Below, piece after piece: positions 13,101-23,370 of a stretch of DNA of 64,000 nt. The translations under genes were made by a program, and so were the position numbers. Source of the stretch: Lama guanicoe (Eukaryota); the NCBI GenBank assembly GCA_013239625.1, contig MU054204.1, positions 1,053,537 through 1,117,536 of the forward strand, written 5' to 3'. The number at the start of each line of letters is the position of its first letter. Position 1 is the first letter of the stretch. A model generated the notes under the pieces. That model ran no database searches. It was not told where the DNA came from and saw only the letters and a program-made list of their open reading frames with translations.

Positions 13101-16100
13101 GTGTGAGATCTCTGAATTCTTTGAAGGTTTGTGTCACAAGGTTGGAGTCTGAGGTGTTTGGAAATCCTGTTCTTGGTGTGAGGTCTATGAACTCTAGAAG
13201 GTCTACAATCCACTTGAGATATTTTGAGGTGTATATTCAAATTGCATGGTACAAAACTCTTTCAGGCTCTGTGTTCCAAGGTTAGCATCTTAGGTGTTTG
13301 GGTCAGTATTCAGAGTGCAAGGTCTCTGAACTCTTTTAGGGTTTTTGTCCTAAGTTTGCTTCAGAGGTTTTAGTGTCTCTCTTCAAAGTACGGGGTCTCT
13401 GAACTCTTGAAAGTTCTATGTTTCAACATTTGAGTTTGAGTTTGTGATGTATGGGGGGTTAAATTTAGGGTATGAAGCCTTTGACTTATTGGGGGGCCTA
13501 TGCTTCAGGATTTGTCTCTGAGGTATTTGCAGGACTGTATTCAGGGAGTGAGAGGAGTGTGAACTTATTAGGTATTTATGCTCCAAGGTTTGAATCTAAA
13601 GTATTTTGGGGTCCATATTCAGAGTATGAGGCCAGTGAACTCTTTGAAGTTCTTTTTTTCATAGGATTGAGTTTGAGGTATTTGTGGTCTGTATAAAGTC
13701 TTTGAATTCCCTGAGAGTCTGTGTTCCTAAGTTTGAATCTGAGGTATTTGGGTTTGTATTTAGGGTACAAGTATTCACAAATCTTTAGGATCTGTGTTTT
13801 CATATTTGAATATGAGACATATGGGTTCTGTGAGCAAGAGTGAGGTCTCTTACCTTATAAGGAACTGTGACCAGAATTTGAACCTGAGTTATTTGTGGTC
13901 TGTGTTCAGTTAAGAGGTCTTCTGAATTCTTTCAGGCTTTGTGTCACAACACTTGAGTTTGAAGTAATTTGAAAGTTCGTATTCTGGGTCTGAGGTCTAT
14001 GAACACTTGAGGAATTGGGTTCCAAATATTGGTTCTGAGGTGTTTGGAGGTTGTGTACATGGTAAGTGGTCACAGAACTGTTTCAGAGTCTGCACTCCAA
14101 GATTGGAAACTGAGATGTTTGAGTCAGTGTTCAAGGTGAGAGGTCTTTGAAATTTTTGAGAGTTTGTGTTCTGAGTTTTCTTCAGAGGTTTTTGGTCTCT
14201 TTGCTCAAGGTGTCAGTTTTCTGAACTCTCGGGGTGTCCATGTGCCAAGTTTGTGGCATTTGGGGATTTATGCTTAGGATGTGAAGTTTCTGAATTCTTT
14301 GAGGTCCTGTGTTCCAGCATTTGAAGCAGATATTTGCAATTTTCAGGGTGTAAGAGGTATGTGAACTTATTGTCTATGCTCCAAGGTTTAAACCTGAAGT
14401 ATTTTGGGGTTTGTGGTCAGGATGAGAGATCTCTGACCTCTTTGAGAGTGTTTGTCCCAAGGTTTGACTCTGATGTGTAGGGATATGAGTTCATGGTTTG
14501 AGTTCCCTGAACACACTGATGATCTGTGTTCCAAGTTTGAGTCTGAAGTATTGGGAAGTCTGTGTTCCCAATAGCTCAGTCTCTATAATCATTGTCCGTA
14601 TCTCAAGATTTTAGTCTGGTGTGTTTCAGGGTTACTGTTCAGAGTGTTAGGTCTCTGAATACCTTGAAGATCTATGTCTCATATTTTCTGAGGTAATGGG
14701 GAGTATGTATTCAGGTGTGACATCTCTAAATTTTAAAGTGTATGCATTTCAGGTTTGAGTGTGAGCTCTTGGGGGTGTGTATCCAAGATGTGAGGTCCCT
14801 GAACTCTTTCATGGCCTGTGTTCCAATTTTTGAGTCAGTGGTAGTTGGGGATTTGTGTTGAGGCTATGAAGTGTCTGAGATCTTCTACAGCCTGTGTTGA
14901 GTTGGAGGTATTGTTATCATGGTTCAAGCTATGAGGTATGTGAAATTTTATACAGTCTATTTCCCAAGGGTTGAGTCTGAGATATTTGGGAGTCTGGGTT
15001 CAGCACATTAGGCCTGTGAAATTTTAGACGGCTGTCTCCCAAGGTTTGGGTGTGAAGTATTTATGGTTTGTGTCCAGATGGTGTGGTCTCTGAAATCTTT
15101 GTATATCTGTGTTCCAATACTGAATCTTATGAATTTAGGGTTCTCAATTCAGGGTGTGAAATCCCTTATCTCATTAAGAATCTGTCTATCAATGTATAAG
15201 GCTGAAGTGTTTTGGAGTCTGTGTTCAGGATGTGTACTCTATGAACTCATTGAGGGTGTATTTTTCAAGGTTTTAGTCTGAGGTATTTGAGGCAAGAGAT
15301 CTCTGAATTTTTTGAGGGTCTGTATCTTAAATTTGCTAGTGAGTTTTTTGATGACTCAGTTCTGGATGTGAGGCCCTTGATCTTTTTGAGTTTCTGTGTC
15401 CCAAGGTTTGAGTCTAAAGTTTGAGAATCTGTGTTTAAACTGTGAGTTCCGATCTCTTTGAGGTTCTGTATATTAAACTTTTAATGAATGTACTTGGGGA
15501 ATCTGTATTTAGGATATGAGGTCTCTGACTCATTGAGGGTCTGTGTTGCAAGGTCAGAGTCTGAGGTCTCCTAAGCTGTGTGTACAAGGTGTAGGGTATC
15601 TGATTCCTTGAAGGCCTTTTTCTTAGAATTGACTTTGGGTATTTGGGGATCATCTTTAAAGTTATCTTTGAAGTCTTTGAGGTCTGTGTCCTAAGATTTC
15701 AACTTGATGCATTTGTAGGTCTGTGTTTAAGATGTCAGATTCCTGAACTCTTTGAGTGTCTATGTTCCGTGTTTTGAGTTTTTGATGTCAGGGTCTGTGT
15801 TCAAGGTATAAGTACTTACAGATTTTTTTAAGATCTGTGGTTTAAAGTTTCGATGTGAGATATGTTCTATGTTCAGTCAGTGAAGTCTCTGAACTCGTTA
15901 AGATTCAATAACCTAAGTTTGAATCTCAGATATTTGAGGGGATCTGTATTCAGAATTTTAGGCTTCAGATCTCCTTGGGGGTTTTTGTCACAAAATTGGA
16001 GTCTGAGGTATCTGAAAATTCATGTTCTGGGTATGAGGTCTACGGACTCTTTGAGGGCCTAAGTTCCAAATATTGTGTCGAGGTATTTGGAGGTGTTTCT

Positions 16101-17625
16101 TCAGGTTGTGAGACTGCAGAACACTGGAGAGTTTGTGTTCTAAGGTTGGACTCTGAGGTGTTCGCAGTCTGTGTTGGAATGTGAGATCTCTGAGCTCTTT
16201 GAGGGCCTGTGTTCCAAAGGATGAGTGTGAGGTTATTGAGAGTTTAGTTCAAGGAGTGATGTCTATGGGTTATTTGAGGGTCTGTGTTCTAAAGTTTGAG
16301 TTGGAGGTAACTAGAGATTTCTTTTCAGGGTGTGACCTCTCCAATCTTTGAGCCTCTCTCCCAAGATTTGAGTCTGAAGTATCTGGTGGTTTATTTTCAG
16401 GGCGTAAAGTCTGAATTCTTTCATGGTCTGTGTTCCAAGGTTTGGTTCAGAGGTAACTGGGGAGTTTCCAGGAGTGCGAGTTTTCTGAACTCATTTAGGG
16501 CTCTTTCTAAGATTTGAGTCTGAGATATTTAGGGACTGTGTTCAGAGTATTACTCATTGAACTTTGAGAGGGTCTCTGTCCCAGATTTGAGTCTGAGGTA
16601 TTTGTTGAGTCCATATTCAGGATATGAGGCCTCTGAAATCTTTGACAGTCTGTATTCCAAAGTTTGAGTCTGAGGTATTTGGGAATCTTTGTTCAGGTTG
16701 GGAGGTCTCTGAAATCTATGGGAGGTGGGGTGGTCTGTGTCTCAAGGTTTGATTCTGAGCTATTTAGGTGTCTTTATTCAGAGTGTGAGGCCTCTGAATT
16801 TTCTGAACACCTTTGTTATGTCCCAGGGTTTCAGTTCTGTGTAACTGGAGATCTGAGTTAATGGCATGTAATACCTGAACTCTTTGAGGATCTGTCTTAA
16901 GATTTGAGCCTGAGGTCTTTGGTGGTCTCTTTGTAGTATGTAACGTCTCTCAACTCTTTTCAGGGTCTATATTGCAAGGTTTGATTATGAGGTTTTATGG
17001 GTCTGTATTGGGTGTGAGGTCTCTAAGCCCTTTAGGATTCTGTGTTCCAAAATTTGATTCTGAGGCAATTGGGGATGGTTTTAAGAAATGAGGTTTCTGA
17101 CCTCATTTGGAGCCCCTCCCAACATCTGAGTCTGAGCTTTTTAAAGACTCTATTCAGGGTGAAGTCTCTGAAAACTTTTAGAGGATCTGTACCTCAAGAC
17201 TTGAGTCTGAGGTATTTGAGGTTTGTATTCAGGATGTGTGGTCTCTGAAGTCTTTGAGATTCTTTGTTCCAAGGTTTGGGTATGAGGGAATTGGGTGTAA
17301 TAAGGTAAATCAGTGTGGGAAGTGTCTGAACTCTTTCAGAGTTTTTGTCCCAAGTTTGGTTCTGAGGCTTTTGGAGTCTAAATTTAGTATGTGAGGTGTC
17401 TTTGGGTCTCTGTGTTCCAAGTTTCTAATCTGAGGTATTTGGGAGTTCGTGTCAAGGTATGAGGTCTCTAAACTCATTGAATATTTGTGTTTTAAGATAG
17501 AGTCTTTGGTATTTGTTGTTCTGAATGTGAGGTCAAATGTGAGGTTTGGAGGACTGTGTTCAGGGTATGAGGTCCCTGAGTTCTTTGGGATTCTGTGTTC
17601 CAAGATTTGTATCTGAGAGAATTGA
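7162..17625. repeat. Degenerate ~76-bp tandem satellite array, ~10.4 kb, roughly 130-140 monomers by length/76
   Basis: By-eye consensus GTCTGTGTTCCAAGGTTTGAGTCTGAGGTATTTGGGG (37) + GTCTGTGTTCAGGGTGTGAGGTCTCTGAACTCTTTGAGG (39). Period checks: tttgagtctgaggtattt at 16586 and 16663; ttg anchors at 17201 and 17276. G/T-rich on the + strand throughout. Confidence 0.93.
8703..8900 (-). mobile_element. Short young L1 3'-tail insertion inside the satellite
   Basis: Poly(T)-like run followed by aacattttttattgat...ttacagtgttgtgtcaaattccagt, the reverse complement of the L1 tail at ~48720-48860. Confidence 0.85.
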
Positions 17626-18419
17626 ATGAAGTGCCATTTTTTATTGAGAGGTCCTATATTCATAGCCAAGGGGTAGAGGGAAATTCTTTTCTTTACTTCA
17701 TAAACACATTTCCAACATAGTGTCTATAAATTAAAATATCCTAAATAAACATTGTTTGTTATAGATTTCCATTATGTCTTCTGAGGGCAGTGGGAAGGTT
17801 GTCCCAAAGATATTTTTAATGATTGTTTTTAAGATACAGCACATATTTAGCAGGAAAAGTGTTTCTGGGAAAAATATATTGTTTGTAGTAACGCAGATAT
17901 GTCTTCCTTTAGCAGTTGTTTTAGAAGAAGATCTCTTGTGTATATCATATTTTTCTAAACCAAATGATACTCTAACACTGGGTGCATTAAAAAAAAATCA
18001 GGACAATGTTTAAAGAACACCTCAAAGGCCACATTCTGTACAAACCCTTTTTTGTCTTAGAGATGCTAAAATGTTACCTAAAACCTTATTGGAAATCCAG
18101 GCCCCCACACACACTCACCCTCCACCTCTAGCTAAAAGCAGACTGAATTGTTTACCTTTCTTCACTCCTGCTGACATTATTATAACACATATTTCATGTG
18201 AGATTTCATTTCATGCTATCTGCTGTGCCTCTTCCCACTGAGGACAGGGACAGGAACTATATCTTCTCTCAGTACCTTTGGTTCCTCCCATGGCATCTGA
18301 CCCACAGTGGGTGGGAGATATTAATGCTGCTATTTTTTCATCCATTATTCTAATAAGTCATCATGCCTTTAATTGTCTTTCCCTCAGTCCACTCTGTCAT
18401 GTCACTGACAGTGTGGACC

Positions 18420-18735
18420 TGGTTTGAAAGGAAGTGTTCCTGATGCATCACCCAGATCCTCCTTCAGTGAAGGGCTTAGTCCCTCAGCTGCTACTGGCAG
18501 ACAGCTGTCAGCTCCTTCAAGGATTGTCTCAACTGCAGAGAGCTGCCCCACTCGTGGTCATGCTCCTTCCCAGGGTGGCCCACATTTAATGACTGATCAG
18601 TATGGGGATATAAAGGCAGGACCATCTAGACCCAACCTGGGATAACTCTAAAGGGCCATTTAGAGCTCCCCAAGGAGTTGGCCGTGGCAGTACTGGGCCT
18701 GCATCAGAGTTCAACTTCTCCCTCCACCCAGCCTA
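18420..18735 (+). mobile_element. ERVL LTR16-type solo LTR, 3' truncated
   Basis: gggatataaaggc...gggataactctaaagggccat...gggcctgcatcagagttcaacttctccctc matches LTR16A-like consensus as recalled; TATA-like tataaa present. Confidence 0.65.
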
Positions 18736-18739
18736 TCCG

Positions 18740-20065
18740 TGTTGTCAAATTTGTTGGCCAAAAGTTTTTGTTCATTCTGCTTTCTTATTATCTCTTTAAC
18801 GTCTGTAGGGTCTCTGTTGATAACCCCACATATGTTCCTGACATCAGTGATTTGTTTCCTCTGCCTAGTCATCTTGTTCAGTCTGGCTAGAGATTTGTCA
18901 ATTTTATCGATCTTCTCAAAGATCTGAATTTTAGCTTTGTTGACTTTCTCTACTGTCTATTTCCAATAAGGTTGACTTCTGTTCTTTATTATTTCCTTCC
19001 TTCTACTTAGCAGGTATTAACTTTGCTCTTCTTTGTCTAGCTTCTTAAGGAGAAACTTTAGGTTATTGATTTTATGTACTTCTTTTCTAATATTATCATT
19101 TAAAGCTGTAAATTACCCTCTAAGCATTCCTTTAGTTCAGTCCTGTGGATTTTGATCTATTTTCATTGTCATTTGGTTCAAAATATTTTCTAATTTCCCT
19201 TGTGATTTCATCTTTGACTCTTGAATCATTTAAAAGTATGATGTGTAACTTCCAGATATTCCAGATATTTGGGAGTTTCTAATATATCACATTATAATTG
19301 ATGTGTAATCTAATTCAACTGTAATCATAGAATATAATCTGTATGACCTTGGACCTTTAAGATTTATTGAGATATGTTTTAAAGTCCAGCCTGTGATATT
19401 CTGCAGTTGTTGGATGGGGTGTTCTGTAGATGTCATTTAGGTCAAGGTGGTTGACAGTGGAGTTCAAACCTTCTGTGTCTTTACTGGTTTGGTTTTTTTT
19501 TTCTTTTTTTTTTTGGTTTAGTCATTTTATCAACTAAAGAGGTGTATTCAAATTTCTTACTATGATTCTGTCAATTTTTGCTTCATGTATATTGAGGTTC
19601 TATGATTAGGTACGTACATATTTATAATTGTTAGATCTTTCTAAGGAACTGTCCCCTTTATCATATGACATTTCCCTTTTATCTGTGGTAATACTGTCTT
19701 CAAGTTTACTTTGTCTGATTTATAACATCCACTCCATCCTTCTTATGTTTTTTGTGTGCATAGTATAATTTTTCTATTCATTTACTTTTAAAATCTCTGA
19801 TCTTTATATTTAAAGTATATCTCTTGTGTGTAGCAATTTAGTAGGGCCTTGCTTTTTATCTGCTTGTGCATCTCTATGTTTTAATTGAATTGTTTATGCC
19901 TTTAACATGTAATATAATAATTGACATGGTTGTATTTAGGCCTATCAGGTTAGTGGGAAAGGGGTTGTTCTGTTTATCCTTCCTGGGTTTTTGTTTTGTT
20001 TTGTTTTTGTTTGCTTGTTTATTTGTTCTCTTCTCCCTTTCCTGCCTTCTTTTGGACATTTGAAT
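18740..20065 (-). mobile_element. Ancient L1M ORF2 fragment (antisense)
   Basis: Typical antisense L1M text such as cagtctggctagagatttgtcaattttatcgatcttctcaaag and ctgtaaattaccctctaagca. Confidence 0.7.
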
Positions 20066-20279
20066 ATTTTTGGTCTGCTGTGAAACCCCAAACCAGAAGT
20101 GGTATTTTAAAAAAATTTTATTGAAGTGTAGTTGATTTACAATGTTAGTTTCAGGTGTCCAACAAAGCAATTCAGTTATACAAGGAGTGGTATTTAGTAT
20201 AGCAGTAAACCGACACTGACTTCCCTGAATCAGCAAGAGACAACAGTGTGGTAGCATTCATCATAATAAAAAAAAGGTC

Positions 20280-20390
20280 ACTCCACCCTTAGGGATATTT
20301 GTCTGTTTTGTTCACTGGTGTTTCCCCTATTCCTAGAACAATCCCTAGCCACATAGTAGATGTTCAATAAAGGTTTATTGAATGACTGAA
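20280..20390 (+). mobile_element. L2 3' end
   Basis: gtctgttttgttcactg...cacatagtagatgttcaataaa...ttgaatgactgaa is the canonical L2 terminus. Confidence 0.7.
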
Positions 20391-21625
20391 CTCTTTGACC
20401 AGGCAATCCTACTTCTAAGAATGTATAATAAATAAACCTTCAGAAAGATAGGGAGAGAGAGAGAGTTGTGTGCATGAAACAGACAGAGAAAATAACCTGT
20501 AAAAATGTAAAATGTCTATTAATAGCCAATGCACATTGGAGGGTAAATGAGTGGTGAAGGTTCATATGACACCGTGGAGCACAAGTGAGCTGCAAAACAG
20601 ATTGAGGGGGATGGATCTATCCTGGCCAGAAGGATTTCTTCATGACACATTATTAATGAGGTACAAGTGGGTAATGCTCATAGCAGGAACTTGTGTGTGT
20701 GTGAGCATGTGTGATGTGCGACTGCAGAGAAAAAGTTGGAAATAAAACACCCATAACTGAGCCTAATTTTCACCTGTGAGGTGGGGAAGAATGGGGTAGG
20801 TGATAATGCCCTAATGTTGTCCATATACTTAGATATTGTTTGATGCTTATGCACTAGGACATACTCATGTATTTCCTGTGTACATATTTACAAAGGAGAG
20901 GCATATACTAAAAACTTTACTGGCACTACAGGGCTGTGTGAGATTGAGGATGTGAGAAATACAGAGGGTCTCAAACTCATAGGTACATGTAACTAAAGAT
21001 CACTAGAGAAATCCCTCAGCTCGACTTCCATTTAGACCATGAGTGCTTTGAGGAAAATTCCTATTTTGGATTTCTTTACAAAGCAGTTCTCTTCTAGTAT
21101 TCTCCATATCAACAAATGGCACCATCACCCATCTTATTACCCACCCAGAAACCTGGTCTCAACATTTTATACCTCCTTCTCCTTCACCCAAGGTCCAAAT
21201 CCGTGCCGAGGTCTGTCCATTTCACTTCCCCAAACTCCTGTCTAACATGCCTACCTCTTTCCATGCCGACTATGGCCACTTAGTCCAAAGCATCTATTAC
21301 TCTCCTTCCCTTTAACAAATAGTCTAATAGTTTTCTAACTCTTTTACAGTTTACTTTCCCCCAATAATGTGTTTTCCCACACTTGCATTTGCTTCCATGT
21401 TTCTTTTTAGAGTGATCAAATTGAATCCTGTAATTGATAACTCTTTGCTACAATAACTGGTATATTTCACTTTCTCCTTCTGGCTCTACAGATGTTGAGG
21501 AGAGAGTTGGGTCTGTTTCACTACATACTACTTCTTGTTTTTCCTTTCTCAGTCTCTAGCCTTCCAGAAATCAAAAAAAGTGGTCCAGGTGATCACATCC
21601 TCAGCATTGCCCAGAAAGTTACAAG

Positions 21626-21720
21626 TTCTCTAAGTGAGGCTTGAACCCACGATCCCAACATTGCTCACAAGCAGTACTGCCTGATGTGTGCAGCAACCTA
21701 ATCGAATGAGCCACTGGAGC
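21626..21720 (-). pseudogene. tRNA-Ile(TAT) pseudogene retaining its intron
   Basis: Minus strand GCTCCAGTGGCTCATTCGATTAGGTTGCTGCACACATCAGGCAGTACTGCTTGTGAGCAATGTTGGGATCGTGGGTTCAAGCCTCACTTAGAGAA (95 nt) aligns end to end with intron-containing vertebrate tRNA-Ile-TAT (GCTCCAGTGGCGCAATCGGTTAG...CAGCAGTAC...GAGCAATGCCGAGGTTGTGAGTTCGAGCCTCACCTGGAGCA). The anticodon arm is degraded. Confidence 0.8.
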
Positions 21721-22176
21721 CAAAACTGGGGAAAAGTCTAGGAAGCCTTAATAAAGACACTTATCTTGACAATGTACAATCTGTCCTTAGGAATTCCTCT
21801 TTTGCCTATATTGCCTCGGTATTTTCTAAAATACTCACAGGCTTTTGCTGACCTTCAATCCCCTCTGCAATCCTTCCCCACCAACAGCAGTCAATATTGT
21901 ATCTAAAAATCTTTCTTTTTCTGTAGATACAACCCCTGTATGCTCAGTGATTTCTAACCTGACAAAGACGTCAAAACAATTTGCTACCTTGAAACATTTA
22001 GAGGGCTAGGAGAATGAGCTCCTAGAAAAGTCGTTTTTTAAATTGTAAACAGAACAACAGATAATTAATGTAAACTAAGAAAGTATAAGTAATTAGTAAA
22101 ACTGGGGAAAATTGTTATTGGAAAATTATCCAGAGTTTGACAATCAAGAATATCATTTAATATATGGTACAGTTTC

Positions 22177-22677
22177 TGTAGGGGAAGAAAAAAAATTTCC
22201 CTCCACCCTTTTAGGTTCTTTCCTCAAGACCCTGCAAATTAGACTGACAAAGACAGATTAACAAGAAAAAAACAAATAGGAGTTATTAACACTTGCATCC
22301 AAAACATGGGCGCATTCAGCGATGAGCCACTCAGAGGGATGGTTAGAATTTGGTGACTGTATCCTTGACTTAGTAGGGGAAAGGGAGATGGAGAAAGGGC
22401 ATGTATGGAAAAGTAAATGACTTTTTGAAAGATAAATGGGCCCTTAGGAGAATAGATGGGAGATATAATAGTCTGGTGACAGTGTCTGTTTGGATGTGGA
22501 CTTCTCTCAGAGAAGATAAGAGTTGCTCTCAGGGAGGGTATTTATTATAATTGAGTTCTTTAGAGACGCTCTGCTTTGAAGCAGATAAGGGATTTCAAGA
22601 ACTCAGATTCCCTCAGCTCAAAATAATTCTCATACCAAAGCAGCATGTTTGGGGGTAGCACACCCTGATCCCCTTCA
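22177..22677 (-). mobile_element. ERV1 MER34-like solo LTR
   Basis: TG...CA termini; minus strand starts tgaaggggatcagggtgtgctacccccaaacatgctgctttggtatgagaattattttgagctg, a MER34-family 5' signature. Confidence 0.7.
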
Positions 22678-23370
22678 TCCTTGTACATTTTTGCTGTGCA
22701 TCTCTTATGACATGCCTGGCCCATATTAAGCATCAATAAGTCCGAGCTTTTATTCTGATGTCTCTTGACTTCTCCTTTCTGCTTTTATTGTTTCTTCCCC
22801 CCACTGACCTCTTCACCCTCTTGCCCCATCCCTCACACTCTCACATCCCCCACTTACATCCACTCAACTGTCACAAGATAAACTCTCTTGGATCTGTGCC
22901 CTGAGATCAAGAACCCCGGGCTACCGGCCACGCTTCTCCCATGGGGTCAGGATTCCTTTTTAATGAGGTGACTTCTGTGATGTTCCCCCAGAACCTAAAT
23001 CCAATTTTAGTCTCAAGTAAAGAAGAGAATGGTTGAATGCACAGATGCACTTCAGGGATGACTGACTGGGTGCCGAGGTGCCTGCTGAGCTTCTGATTGA
23101 GTTGAGGTGAATGGGGAACATGAGACTGCAGGAGCTCATCAGCCCCCATCACTAGAGAGGGGATACAGTTGACTGAACTAGCTGATCCCTGCAAGGGGAG
23201 GAGGGCAGGGAGGAGTCAGAGATAATGTCAGTTAAGGGATGATCCCAGATGCTCCAAGATGGGTTCTAGCTGTCGTCACACTACTGTGCCAAAGCCTCAG
23301 CCCCTTAGTCCTGAAAGCTTACCCGGCAACCAAGGCACCAGCACTGAATCAGTAGTCAATGAATGCGCAG

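Noticed and set aside
7162..17625. Array as a CRISPR-like or protein-coding repeat (ORFs such as 9712-10116, 12989-13285, 17310-17669)
   Set aside because: No constant repeat with unique spacers; eukaryotic context; period not a multiple of 3; frequent stops and indels.
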